This document shows positions 9,784 through 22,073 of a stretch of 64,000 nt of DNA, piece after piece. The stretch covers positions 1-64,000 of the forward strand of contig MRSU01007186.1 in the NCBI GenBank assembly GCA_008369845.1, read 5' to 3'. The position numbers and the translations under genes are program-made. Under the pieces are notes generated by a model that was not told the DNA's origin, searched no databases, and worked only from the letters and a program-made list of their open reading frames with translations. Source of the stretch: Trichomonas gallinae (Eukaryota). Position 1 is the stretch's first letter, and each line of letters starts with the position of its first letter.

Positions 9784-11169
9784 ATGCATTCGGTAATAAG
9801 AGAAAGAGAAATATCTGTGGCAAACGAAATTTTAAGGCATCGATCTAAAGCTCCAAATCAAAATAAAGGCAATGAATATGTTACATATGAAATGACTGTT
9901 GAAGCATTTGCACAGTTAAAAGAAATTCAAAATTTTTCGCAAGCAATCGAAATCATTGATAGTTACTTTGAAACACGGAAGTTTCTTCGCGATGACATCG
10001 CATTTATTCCAATTTTGCTGAATTATCTTAATCCTGAATTTTGTTCGAACGTAGACTTAAGGAACAGAGTATCATACTCACTTTCAAAGATTCTCGGTGA
10101 CTCATATCTATACTATAATTTGATTTATTATATTAATTTACATAAAAAAATATATAATAATTTACCAGAAGAAGGTGCATTTCTTTTAATTACAGATCTA
10201 TTATACTATGATGCTAAAAAGAGCACCTATATGCCGCGCTTTCATACAGTTTTTGATTTTTGTATTCAACATAATTTTATTCAAAATGTTATTGATTTAT
10301 TAAGCGATTTAACGCCACAATTAATAGATCAAGTAAATTCTTTGGTTAGATCACTTTCTGAATATAATTCTAAAAAAGATTTAGAACATATTTTCCCATT
10401 GGCTGATAAAATTCTCGAAATTGTTCTTCAATCGAACAACCTTGATATAACCGAACGTTTTCTCGTGTCTCTCACAATATTTCAAGTTGCTGCAAAAGAT
10501 CAAACGAAAAAATACATTCAAAACGAGACCTTGTTGAATCTATTGTTCTCAGTACCATATGATTCAATTTCTACATTGAAATCTGTATTTTCTTATTTTT
10601 CTAAAATTTATGAAAATATTTCATCACCACTATCAGAAAACTACTTCCAACAGCTTTTAAATTTAACAATTAAGTTTATAGATGTTGAAAACATTCTGCT
10701 GGGCGACGCATGCAATCTTTTATCTTATTTAATTCGTGATTCAGGTGTAGAAGAATATTCATTAGAACTGATAAGGAATGGACTTTTCCAACGATTAATA
10801 GAAATTTTTCATGAATCAATTCCTTTCAACACCAAGAAAAATATTATTGATTCTATTTTAGCATTTATTGAAGTCACAACAAATGATGAAGCAATGGATT
10901 TCATGCTAAACTTGGGTGCTATTGATTGTTTTGAGTTAGTAATTGATTCTATGCATGAATTATCACAAAAATTCTTTAATGCGTTTTATAGAATATTAAA
11001 TTTCGCTGAGAGAAATAATAAGCAGGATCTAATTCATGAAATCTTCGATAACCAAACATTTTCTGAACTATTCACCAATTATGAGCCAAAAGATCAAAAT
11101 GAAAGAAATTCTCTCGATGCTGTTTTAAATTTTGATCCATATACAGATTTCGATGTCTTGCTGAATTGA
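9784..11169 (+). CDS. Hypothetical alpha-solenoid (ARM-like) protein
   Basis: 461-aa ORF with amphipathic Leu/Ile helices and ARM-like segments (LIRNGLFQRLIEIF, MLNLGAIDCFELVI). Confidence 0.6.
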   Translation: MHSVIREREISVANEILRHRSKAPNQNKGNEYVTYEMTVEAFAQLKEIQNFSQAIEIIDSYFETRKFLRDDIAFIPILLNYLNPEFCSNVDLRNRVSYSLSKILGDSYLYYNLIYYINLHKKIYNNLPEEGAFLLITDLLYYDAKKSTYMPRFHTVFDFCIQHNFIQNVIDLLSDLTPQLIDQVNSLVRSLSEYNSKKDLEHIFPLADKILEIVLQSNNLDITERFLVSLTIFQVAAKDQTKKYIQNETLLNLLFSVPYDSISTLKSVFSYFSKIYENISSPLSENYFQQLLNLTIKFIDVENILLGDACNLLSYLIRDSGVEEYSLELIRNGLFQRLIEIFHESIPFNTKKNIIDSILAFIEVTTNDEAMDFMLNLGAIDCFELVIDSMHELSQKFFNAFYRILNFAERNNKQDLIHEIFDNQTFSELFTNYEPKDQNERNSLDAVLNFDPYTDFDVLLN

Positions 11170-11477
11170 AATAAACAAGAAAATAAATACAAAATATTTC
11201 AGAAAGAAAAACAAGGCCATATATTGTATATTTTGGAAATAATAACTTAATTTCAAATTAACAATTCATCAATGAAAGATTAGTTATGTCAGATGCCTAT
11301 GAATATATTGTGTATGTAACAGGTATGAAAAAAACTTAATAAAGATTTGGATTTGAAAAAACTCAATATTTTTGATATATTATATTTGAAAAAGTGAGGA
11401 TTACGATGAATTACATGCAACAAACGCAAAAATAAGTCTCGAATAAAATAATTTTCAACGACTTTGTTCGGAACAAA

Positions 11478-12782
11478 ATGGAAAGATATCAGAAACGTCA
11501 CAAGCTTGGCGAAGGTGCCTATGGCAGCGTTTACCTTGGCATTGATAAGAAGACAGGTGAACAAGTCGCCCTCAAGAAAGTGAAATTGCAGAAAATGAGT
11601 AAAGCGGAAAGAGAAAAAGCACATTACGAAGTTGAACTCCTTTCGTCATTAAAGCACCCTAATATTGTTGCATACAAAGATTCATGGACAGTGGATAATT
11701 ACTTATTCATCGCAATGGAATACGTAGACGGCGGCGATTTAAATGACAAAATATTACGTCAAAATGATAAACCATTCACATTACAGGCAATACTTGATAT
11801 TTTCGTGCAAATTACATTGGCTCTTCAGTACATTCATGGCAAAAATGTTCTTCATCGCGATCTTAAGCCGCAAAACATATTTTTGACTAAAAATAACGTC
11901 GTAAAACTTGGTGATTTCGGTGTTGCAAAAGTTATGGAGAACAGTTTTGACTTCGCTCACACATTAATCGGAACACCGTATTATTTAGCGCCAGAAGTCT
12001 GGAGCGGCGAAGCATACAACGCTAAAGCAGATATGTATTCTCTTGGTGTCATGCTTTATGAAATGTGTTGCCTCAGAAAACCATATCTTGGAAATAACAC
12101 AGCGCAGCTCTATTCTGCCTTATTAAAAGGTGAATATCCACCAGTTCCTTCCACATATCCAGTTGAGTTATGCAGATTAGTCGATGGCATGCTTTCGCCA
12201 AAACCAATTGAAAGGCCATCAGCCAGCCAGATTCTCAAGATTCCATTCATCAAGAACGCCATGGACAGCCTCGCAACTAAGCGTGAAGAGATTATTACGA
12301 CAAAACAAAAGAGATTATTACCAGCGAATATTGTTGCTTTGTCAAAGTCAAAGAAAATTGAATTTGAGGATGATTTCATTGATGCTTCGGAGCTTTCACC
12401 TTCAAAGCCATCGCATGCTGACTTCGATGGTGAGTTCGAAGACGATTTCATCGACGAAGCTGATCACGACGAAATTGCTGAAGCAGCGAACGCAATCCGC
12501 CAGGTTCTCGAGAGCCCAGAGGAGTGCGACACATGGCAGTTCATGCAGAGCGCACGCCCGAATGATGATTTCGCTAACGAGAGCCTCACATGCTGCATCG
12601 AAGAGCTCAGGGAGAAGTTAGAGAAAGAACTTGGATTCGAATTATTCCGGAAGGTTTACAACGAGATAAACGACGGAAATGAAGGGTCTGCTGTCGACGA
12701 GTGCAGGGATTTCGATGGTGACGCACTGATGCTGGTCAGAAGATTGATAGAACTTGAACAAGAAGTAGTCAAGAACCAATGA
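11478..12782 (+). CDS. NIMA-related Ser/Thr kinase (NEK1-like)
   Basis: GEGAYG, VALKK, HRDLKPQNIFL, DFG and IGTPYYLAPE. The C-terminal IEELREKLEKELGFELFRKVY resembles the NEK1 C-terminal region. Confidence 0.93.
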   Translation: MERYQKRHKLGEGAYGSVYLGIDKKTGEQVALKKVKLQKMSKAEREKAHYEVELLSSLKHPNIVAYKDSWTVDNYLFIAMEYVDGGDLNDKILRQNDKPFTLQAILDIFVQITLALQYIHGKNVLHRDLKPQNIFLTKNNVVKLGDFGVAKVMENSFDFAHTLIGTPYYLAPEVWSGEAYNAKADMYSLGVMLYEMCCLRKPYLGNNTAQLYSALLKGEYPPVPSTYPVELCRLVDGMLSPKPIERPSASQILKIPFIKNAMDSLATKREEIITTKQKRLLPANIVALSKSKKIEFEDDFIDASELSPSKPSHADFDGEFEDDFIDEADHDEIAEAANAIRQVLESPEECDTWQFMQSARPNDDFANESLTCCIEELREKLEKELGFELFRKVYNEINDGNEGSAVDECRDFDGDALMLVRRLIELEQEVVKNQ

Positions 12783-13698
12783 AAAAAAAAAAATTTGTTG
12801 GAGATTTTTTTATTATAATTGTTGTTTTTGCACCTTAAATAAACTCTGTTTTTGGACAAATCAAAACATAATGTATAAAATCGCCAAATACAAATTTGAT
12901 AAATGGATATAAATTTATGATGCAAATTCTCTTATATTCATTTGAATATTTCTGAAATATCTTATATCCAGTCTATCTTTCATATCTTTGGCCTTAAAAT
13001 ATTTGCAACAAAACTTTTTTTTTTCAAAATTTTATTTTTCTGACTATAGATATAAATATCTGTGTTATAAAGACTCAACTTTTTTTTTCGTGGAATCGTT
13101 TGAGTTTTGTCATTTTTACCGAGAAAACCCCCTATTTGGATCGATTTGATGAAAGATTCACGTGCCTTTCGGGGGTGCTGAATCTAGTGGTGCAATCTGT
13201 TTCAAGAGCTTCTATAATTATCAAACAGAAACTCATTGCAAACGATTAATAGGCTTGTGTGTTGAATCAATATGATGATTATAATAATTTCTCCGCTCTA
13301 TTTTCAAATTGCTCGAAATGATGCTATAATAGAGAATCAAAATAAAATCCTATTGTTGCAAGATTAAGGCACTTTGAATATAGATCATTTATATTGTATT
13401 CTATCTATTTATATAGTTTGAAATCAAATATTTAGTTATTTCGATGGTTAAATACATTTATTCGTTATTTTTGGTAAATATTGCTTCTATACATGTGATA
13501 ACAATCTTTAGTAGGAGAGGTGATTATTTCAAGCAAAGAAAATATATAATGTCATTGAATAATTTCAAAAAATGAATATTTTTTTGCAAATTCTTGACTT
13601 TTCGCATGTTTTATATTGGAAAAGTGAGATATGGACTATGTAGAGTATGAATATTCGAAAAAAGCAAAAAGGACATCAAAATTTTGGCGGTTGGCCAA

Positions 13699-16317
13699 AT
13701 GGAAATCCAGGATTTCCTTAATATTTCGTCACAGGATCCTGAAATTGCCCAGGCAACTGGTGTAAAGTTGACAGACCAATGTCAGAATCCCGAATTTCTT
13801 TCTTTTCTGGTAAATACACTGCAATCTGAAGAAGTGATTTCAAATGAAATTCTATTACGCAATATTTTAATTGCATTCAAACGATTTGCAACTCTAAATT
13901 GGAAAGCATTTATAACTGCATTATCAGATGATACTACAAAAGAAGCAATTATAAAATTATTATTTACATTACCGATAAATCACAGAGATATTCTTCAAGA
14001 CAGTTTTGTACAAGCTGCTTTACAAAGTGAAGATGAATTTATTCCAGTTTTCGAATCAATTTGCGGAATCATCGATTCAAACATGCCTTTGCCAGAAGTT
14101 TATACTGTATTATCAATGTGCTCACAGTTTATATCATCTGCAAAGAGTGGAACCTTCGAACAACAGTTTATTACAATTCTTCAACCAATAATTGAAGCTT
14201 CTATTGCTTTAATTTCAAGTGATCAGTACGCGTTTTTGATATTATCAGCAGCTGCAACAATTCATAAAGTTTTTATCCTTCGCAAAACAATTACATTAGA
14301 TGAATCTTTTCTTGCTTGCTTAAGTCACTATACGGAAAGCCTAGCGTTACCAGGTGATGCTGACAATCAAATCAAAATGAAAGAATCGATTTTAGAATTA
14401 CTTGTCGCATTAATTAATTTTGTTTACGAAGGAACAGATAAAACAGAAGAAGAAGACGAAATAGATGAGCGGAGACGCGAAATTATACAATCATTCAACA
14501 CAGATATCACGCCACAAGTCTTCGATGTAGTTTGCGCAACAACAAATCACAAACAGTCAAGAAAAATGATCGATTCCATCATTACAATATTCTACCAGCT
14601 CGTCTTATATAACATATGCCCAGAACAGCTCGTTTGCAATGAAGTTTTTACTAATTTTATTATTCCAGCTGCACATTTAACGACACAAGACTTCAACGAC
14701 TTCAACACGAATCCAAATGTCTATATTGAGCAGTGCTTCACTGATGATAATGACGGAGAACTTTCAGCAAGAGTCGCTGCATCAAAATTCACTTATCAAG
14801 CAGCGAAAAAGTATATTGCTCATTATGATCCAATAGAAGTTTTGTTCAATATTTCAGACAATCATTTCGACTTGGAAGCGAGAATATATCTGATGTGTTC
14901 ATACGCAAAAGCCTTCATTGTCGATCCAGAAATATTCGAGCAAATTTTCGATTTGTTGACAACAGAAATAGAACCATTTGTTGTCGCAACGATTTTGAGG
15001 TTCATTTCTATTATACAGCCAGCTGAAGATCCAATGGCTGCGTCAACACCAGCATCGCACTTCATATTGAATTCTCAGAGCGAAGTTGTCTGTCATGCTG
15101 CAGTTTATCTTCTTGATGCGATCTTCAACGAGTTCGGCGACAAACCGGAAGAGTTCAAGGAATTCGTGGAAATTCCTTACGCAGATGTTTTCCCTGTCAT
15201 AGCCAATTTGAGCGACACACTTAATCTTCCTATGGAAGTCAACGTCTTGAGCAAATTGTTCAGACTTGGAGGCGAAGAAGTCATTGGTGCAGCTGGAGTT
15301 TTGATAAACCAGATGATCAGTCACTGGAGAACTCTTGCAGCTGAAGAAAACGACGATAACGAAATGACAATGGAAGCAGATATACAGGGAATCGCCTCAA
15401 TCGTTGACTCCATTCCAACAGAGACAGGCTTAGTTCACCAGTTCCAGGGCGAGCTTTTGAATAGCTTAACAGAGAACATCAATCAGCATCCACATGCAGC
15501 AGGAATCCAAGCACATGTTAAAGTCGCAGCTTTGATTTCTGTTAAACTTGCTGGCGTCAGCGCTGAACTTGTTAATTTCTTGTCAGTTTTGATGACAAAG
15601 ATGAACGAGTTAGGTGCAATAAGTTATGAGATTGACGACTACTTCGGCTTGCTCCTAGGCACAGTTATATTAAACAAGGATTCAGGACTCCTATCAAATG
15701 GTGACTTCATCAACGCAGTCGGCCAAATCATTGAAAGAGTTCTCGCGCCAATACAAAACGGTGAAGAGAGCGATTTCAATTCCGCAGCCATTATTTCACC
15801 AGTTCTCGTTGTTGCTGCATGTGGATGTTACTCCGGCATCCCCAACTTCTTCAATTTCATCGACATGGCTTTGAACATTCTCCAATTCCCGAACTTGCCG
15901 AACAAAGACAAAAAACAGATCACATGGGCTTCATTTTATCTCTTCAGTGGTGCACTGATGGCTGACGCTCAAGCAGCGCTGCCAAAATTAATGCCGCTCA
16001 CACATTTGCTGTGCAACTTGTTTGGAACACAGCACAGAGATGTATGCTACAGAGACTTAAAGTGCGGTTTTGTTACGTTGACATTTCTCGCTAAAGAAAA
16101 TGCTCCAGGAGCTTTCGATGCAGCAGGAAGCAGAAGCTCTGAGATATTCGATAGATTTGCCGATGAACCAGAAGCTCCAATTCAGTCCGTCGGAGCCAAA
16201 AATGATTTTTATGCAAACTTGCGTCTTGATGCTATTATTCCTGCATTGGAATTTCCAATCAACCAAGTTCAAGAATTTGTTTTCTATCAGTCTGTTTCTG
16301 ACTCAATGCCATTATAG
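13699..16317 (+). CDS. Importin-beta family karyopherin (importin-7/11/Cse1-like), divergent
   Basis: IBN_N-like ILIAFKRFATLNWK and the acidic-loop segment DFNTNPNVYIEQCFTDDNDGELSARVAA. First ATG at 13699. Confidence 0.7.
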   Translation: MEIQDFLNISSQDPEIAQATGVKLTDQCQNPEFLSFLVNTLQSEEVISNEILLRNILIAFKRFATLNWKAFITALSDDTTKEAIIKLLFTLPINHRDILQDSFVQAALQSEDEFIPVFESICGIIDSNMPLPEVYTVLSMCSQFISSAKSGTFEQQFITILQPIIEASIALISSDQYAFLILSAAATIHKVFILRKTITLDESFLACLSHYTESLALPGDADNQIKMKESILELLVALINFVYEGTDKTEEEDEIDERRREIIQSFNTDITPQVFDVVCATTNHKQSRKMIDSIITIFYQLVLYNICPEQLVCNEVFTNFIIPAAHLTTQDFNDFNTNPNVYIEQCFTDDNDGELSARVAASKFTYQAAKKYIAHYDPIEVLFNISDNHFDLEARIYLMCSYAKAFIVDPEIFEQIFDLLTTEIEPFVVATILRFISIIQPAEDPMAASTPASHFILNSQSEVVCHAAVYLLDAIFNEFGDKPEEFKEFVEIPYADVFPVIANLSDTLNLPMEVNVLSKLFRLGGEEVIGAAGVLINQMISHWRTLAAEENDDNEMTMEADIQGIASIVDSIPTETGLVHQFQGELLNSLTENINQHPHAAGIQAHVKVAALISVKLAGVSAELVNFLSVLMTKMNELGAISYEIDDYFGLLLGTVILNKDSGLLSNGDFINAVGQIIERVLAPIQNGEESDFNSAAIISPVLVVAACGCYSGIPNFFNFIDMALNILQFPNLPNKDKKQITWASFYLFSGALMADAQAALPKLMPLTHLLCNLFGTQHRDVCYRDLKCGFVTLTFLAKENAPGAFDAAGSRSSEIFDRFADEPEAPIQSVGAKNDFYANLRLDAIIPALEFPINQVQEFVFYQSVSDSMPL

Positions 16318-16773
16318 AGATATATTTATTTTTTATTTAAAGCTTTATTTATAATATATTTGCCAAAATATTCAAAAATGAAAGAAACGATTTCCATTTT
16401 CGAGGCATCTTTTCTATTTTAACAAGGAAATTCTTTTGATAAAATTTATTCTGAGATTATATGTGATAAGTTCAGATCTATACTCTATGCATATATAATT
16501 TTACTTTTTACAATATAATTATTAGACTTGTATCATTTATAACAAAACTTAAAAATATATAGAATTTTTTTGATGTTAAAACAATGCAAAATGAAACAAT
16601 ATGTTGGAAAGTGATGATCGTGAGTCACATTTATGTGTATTTTGAATATCAAAATATTATTACTTGTGAAGTTAATATCATAAGTTATTTGTAGATTTGC
16701 ATCATTACTAGTAAGTATTGAATGTCAAAAGTGTCAAATTTTAATAATGAAATTACTTGTTAAATAGTGTTGA

Positions 16774-17511
16774 TGGAGAAGTATAGTTATAAAAAGTTTC
16801 ACTCCATCAGAAAGCTCTAGTTCATATATAATAACAGGAACAGACACGCTAGAAGTAATTAATCATTTTACTGATGCTATAATCTTCAAATTAGAAGGAT
16901 TCACATCATGTGTTGATTCTCCTTTTCAACATTGCTCGAATTTGATTAATGTTTCATTTGATAATAGCTTAAAATCGATCGCTAATAATATTTTTCTTGG
17001 TACAAAAGTAGAATACTTCACACTTCCAGCTTCTGTTACTACACTTTCTCCTGGCCAGTCTTTTGATAGAACATATTTAATCAAATCAATATTTGTTGAT
17101 CCTGCAAATAAGAAATACACAGATGTTAACGGAATTATTTACACAAAAGATCTGAAAACGCTTTATTATTGGCCTCCAAATAGGAATGAAACACACATAA
17201 TTGTTCCCTATGGAGTTGAAGTCATTGCTTGTGCTGCATTTGCATATAGCAACACTACAAAATATATAAGATTGCCATACACAGTTAAATCAATAGAAAA
17301 TTATTTCATATTTTATTGCTCAAATATGGAATACGTTGAAATACAAAATTATGAGCGTAGAGTATATATAGATAAGTCTTTTTTATTTGATCACAGTCCT
17401 TCAAACATTGTAATTGCTTTTATCCCAAATCCACCAAATTGTCCTACTATTAATGTTAACATGGCTTTCTGTTATAGATTTTTTCATGTGTTTGTAATGA
17501 TAATCTTATAA
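16774..17511 (+). pseudogene. BspA-like (TpLRR) surface protein with a broken or frameshifted 5' end
   Basis: TpLRR-like units FQHCSNLINVSFDNSLKSIANNIF, LPASVTTL, VDPANKKYTDVNGIIYTKD, VPYGVEVIACAAF and LPYTVKSI, plus a hydrophobic C-terminus. The frame is open from 16774 with no early in-frame ATG. Confidence 0.7.
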
Positions 17512-17681
17512 TAAAACATCATTTCGAAATTTGAAAATCTTGTTTTATTAAATGCTTATGACCTCATATAGTCTTGCTGGCCCATGTTATCCCATAAAAA
17601 TGATGTTATTCATGATAATGTTACTTTTGATAGTGAATTTCGTCAAAATATAAAATAATTTATAATGTTAAATTGCTGTAT

Positions 17682-18340
17682 TTATGTTACACCATGAGCT
17701 TTCAACATTTTTACTATTTTATGATGACCATTTTCTGAAGCACAAATCAAAGCTGTATTATTGTTCTTGCTTTTTGCGTTGACATCTATACCAGGAACTG
17801 TGAAAAAAGTTTAACAACTTCATGATGATCATTATATGAGATCCAAATAAAAGCTGTTTCTTTGTCGTAATTATATTTTGTATTGACATCAATTCCAGGA
17901 ACGAGAGAAGGAGTTTGACAACATCATGTTTTGTTGTGTTTGCGTACGAACATCATGCTTTGTGACAGTTTTTTGTGAGTTTTGTTTGATTTCTGAAGAA
18001 AATTGGTCAATTTTGGAAAATACAGACTCAATGATGTCTGCAATAGAATCTAGAATTTCAACGTGGATGCATCGACCTAATGATTTAATATATTCAGCAA
18101 ACTAATAGAATCGAATTTGTTTCTATCGCCAAAGTCAGTAAAAATATGACGAACAGCCTTGAACGTGTCTGGAACTTTGTATTTAGACTGAAAATGGAGA
18201 ATGTAGAGTGAATCGTCTACATTCAGAATAATGTGTTCCAAATACTCAAATGTCTGGTCTTGGTCGAGAACTTCAATGAGTGTGTCGTTCTTGATCATGT
18301 CTGGGATGGATTGGGCACTGTCATCCTGGTCAAACTCCAT
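17682..18340 (-). pseudogene. Ankyrin-repeat family pseudogene
   Basis: An 87-aa ORF ends in a premature TAG. Frameshifted ankyrin repeats follow: HDVVKLLL..PGIDVNTK..ETAFIW, TVPGIDVNAKSKNNNTALICASENGHHKIVKMLKAHGVT*. Confidence 0.85.
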
Positions 18341-18487
18341 TGAACGGATTTAATAAAAAAAAAGAAAAATGCTGGTAAATTTATCATTCATTAAAAATTT
18401 AATAATAATTAAATTTCTGTACTATGACAATTTAATTTCACTATAGCAAGATTAATGTTTTTTGCCACAATTGATTCATGATTGGTG

Positions 18488-18656
18488 TCACAGTTCCTGG
18501 ACAAATATCAACGTAAAAATTATTGACTAAATCTCAAGCTCCTTACAATTCCAGGGAATAAATGTCAACGCAAAAGACAAAGTCAACGATACAGCTTTGA
18601 TTCTTGCTTCACTAGAAGGTCATCATGAAGATTCCTGGAATAGATGTCAATGATTT
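18488..18656 (+). pseudogene. Ankyrin-repeat remnant
   Basis: Broken frames give LLTIPG / INVNAKDKVNDTALILASLEGHHE / PGIDVND. Confidence 0.75.
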
Positions 18657-18839
18657 TAACTTCCCTGGAAACTATTATTACATGTTGTGACTTTCTAGAA
18701 AGGAGGAAATTAATATGTATTTAAATATTATATTGTCGATCAAAATTAAATAGATACTTGTATGTATTTAATACTCATAAAATGAGTGAAGAGAGTTTGA
18801 TGTACATCGTATTACAAAATGAAATAAAAAAAATTGAAA

Positions 18840-19553
18840 TTAATGTTCATCAAGAGGTAACGCGCGAAGAGTTTGAAGTCTAGTCTTAAGCTTGAGAACA
18901 GATGAATCTTCCGGTTGTGGAATTGAAGAGCCTAAGCTATGAATTTCATCTCCAATCGGAATTAATGAAGCTGCAAGAGTTTGTTCGTTAGATGAATATG
19001 TCTCAATAGCTTGGAGTAATTGTTGGAAGATGCGAATCTTATATTCTTTGAGTTCGGCTGTAATTTTCTTTTCTGAATCTTCGTAATTTACTGTGTCAAC
19101 AGCTTTTTGACGAGATGCTATTTCAAAAGCATCCTCAGCCTTCTTCATTTCTGGTGTTCCTGTGCCTCTAGAACGAGCGGCTGCTAATCTTTGTTCCGCT
19201 TTATCTGCTGCAGCTTTGCTTCTTTCGAAATTTGCTTTTACTTTTTCATGATTCTTCTTCTTAACGTTGATATCGTCATAAGTCGTTCTAAGTTTTTCCA
19301 TATCATCTTTCAACTTTTCGATATTTTGGTGTTGTGTCTGATGCAATTGACGTAATTGAACGTGCTTGTCGTATATTTTGAATAACACATCGAGAATTGG
19401 TTCTGGTTGCTTGCGAATAAATTCTTTATAGGAATCTTCCGAAGCAAGAGTGAATTGCTCATCATACTTCCTCACATTCTTCATGGCATAGTCTAATTCG
19501 TTTGTTGCTGATGTTAATTCCGGAAATGACTTAAAGAATCCAAAGAAATTCAT
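18840..19553 (-). CDS. Coiled-coil protein, possibly BAR-domain-like
   Basis: All-helical, about 237 aa, with a long coiled-coil pattern. Start placed at MNFFGFF (19553). Confidence 0.6.
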   Translation of the reverse strand: MNFFGFFKSFPELTSATNELDYAMKNVRKYDEQFTLASEDSYKEFIRKQPEPILDVLFKIYDKHVQLRQLHQTQHQNIEKLKDDMEKLRTTYDDINVKKKNHEKVKANFERSKAAADKAEQRLAAARSRGTGTPEMKKAEDAFEIASRQKAVDTVNYEDSEKKITAELKEYKIRIFQQLLQAIETYSSNEQTLAASLIPIGDEIHSLGSSIPQPEDSSVLKLKTRLQTLRALPLDEH

Positions 19554-19779
19554 TCCAAATTTCGGTTTTTGCTTTTTTGACAAAAAATTGACGATGTTAA
19601 ATTTTTTTTTCCTCATTACCAACATTAAAATTATCATAACTAATTGTGTAATTTAGATTTTAGCCAAGATCTATAACCATACAATACATATAGGAGTTAC
19701 TCATATATCTATCACAAGAATGCAGTCCGAAAGCATTTCTGTGCTCCAAAAAGACTTCATTTTTATCGTTATTGGTATA

Positions 19780-20390
19780 TATCTAAATTAACCAGTTATT
19801 CTTCTATATATTGATTTCTCTATTTATATATCAGTGATTTTTCGAAATTTTGAAATTAATATCAATTTGATAAATTCACCAAACCACAATATTTCATTAT
19901 AAAATAAACTTACTGTGTCAACAAGATTCAAGTATTATATAGACAATGTTGGGTACTAAAAAATACTAAAATAATATTTCAAAGAGAATGAAATCTAAGT
20001 GTTTATAATAGATTTATATGATGCTATGTGAGTTGTCATCCAATTTGATTGAAATATACTTGAGAACCAAATTATATTAAATGCGATGTGCAAACTCAAC
20101 AAGTTATAAATGCTAAACATATATACGGCATGTCCCATATATTGATGAGTCTTGATTGCTAAAAATGTAACCTATTATTAGGAGTTGAATTAAATTTGTT
20201 CTTTATCGAAATTAACTGGCTATTCTTCTATATATCAATTTATCTATTTATTTATCATTGATTTTTCGAACTATGAAAATAATATCAAACTTTGATAATT
20301 TCTTTTAATCACAATATTTAAGTATAAAATAAACATACTTTGTTATTAAGATTCAAATACCTAATAAAAATAGTTGGATAACAAAAAATT
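19780..20390. repeat. Diverged direct repeat, about 190 bp twice with a spacing of about 425 bp
   Basis: aaattaacc..tattcttctatatat..tctatttat..tgatttttcgaa..aatatcaa..cacaatattt..tataaaataaac..aagattcaa occurs at about 19785-19970 and 20209-20390. Confidence 0.8.
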
Positions 20391-22073
20391 ATGAAATGTT
20401 ATCGAATTAGTTGTATTCTGAACCTCACCTACAAATCATTTATACTAGATATATAGAGTTGGATTGCATGATGTATTTGATCAGAAATCCATACGAAGAT
20501 GAAAAAAATTGATGATTTAGTATTCCAATCTTTTTATATTGATATAATATCGAGACGCATCTATATACAGAAAGAATAAACACACAACTGAATTCGCTAT
20601 CTAACGACTATTCGATGTTGTCATCTAAGAGTTACAAGCAAGAGTCGATAAAGGGAAACAATCAATAATTTCTAATCTATTATATATATGGCTATTATAA
20701 ATATATGAAAATTATCTTGTGTTCGTTTATTTGACTCCCAAAAATCATCGCACAATATAATACTTTGCTTTCTTCATATATTGCATGGGTAGGAAGTCTG
20801 AGCTAGCGTTCACTGATAAAGATAAGTCGAAGGATGATTGCCAGAATTTATTTTGCTATCAACGAAATGCCACAATGTGTTAGATCGATTTTGTAGGGAT
20901 TATATATATGTTTTAATATTCCTTCATTGGATATTAATGCCGAAACCTAAGCAATTAATATTATTCTAATCTTGGAGAAATAATTATAAAAAGTCAATAA
21001 TTATTTCTTGTATATGTTATATAAACAGTTACCTTAGATGATACATGTGCAATTGTTATTAATTCTGCCAAATTATATCTGCTGACAACGCAATTTCGAA
21101 AGCAATAGTGGTAATAAACCAATATTTAATGATTATAATTATTGGGATCTGGGTATTTATTACTAGTATAGATAGAGTAACAACTTAAAAATATTGTTGG
21201 TGGATGAATCTGTCGTAGAAATTTGATGAAAAATGTGCCCAAATATATTTTACATCTAACAAGTTTAATATACATTACTAGGTGTTCTCTATAAAATCTG
21301 GGAATATTATGACAAAATAACCAATTTTTTTATCATATATAAAATAAACTGATTCATATCAAATAAACCGGATAATTCTGTCTTTGTGGATGTGCTGGAG
21401 CATTCCTCATAAACATTTTGATCGGATCTCGTTTCAATTTTTTATGTGTTTTACAACGAATCGCAAGTGTTAAGATGCATATTTTATTTCATATATATAA
21501 CATGGTTCTAATTTTATGCCTGAAAATTACGTCAGTAACAAAAATCAATGATGGGGTGACAATTTTTTTCGAACCGATAAATTACGCGAGGGAAAAATTA
21601 TTCTTATGAAGCTGTCACCGTTTTAGGATGTATTTTGGGAACTTTTGAATCATTAATTTTTTTACTTCAAATTGCTAAAATGTATATTTATTGTTGCTAA
21701 ATCACATATATGTTCAAAATCCTTTCGCTCTGAAAAAATAAAAACTTTTTGCAAAGGAATTGACAAAGTTTTGAGAGCACAAACTTTTGAATTCGATACA
21801 CAAACTTAACAGATCTCACATAGTATAGCATAACTTCAAATCAGTTCAAAAAATTTTTGAGAGGGCTCTGAAAACAAGAACTTTTGATAGAACCTGAAAA
21901 ACAGATGCCGTTTACATAATAGCCGTATTATAACAGATATTTTTTACGATTAAAAAAATTCAAAAGCTAAGAGAAATATCAATAAACTAAAGCCTTGTTT
22001 ACATATAACTAATATTAAATGAATTTTCTGCGGCATATTGATTTTTTTGAAAAAATGTAAAAATCATAACATA

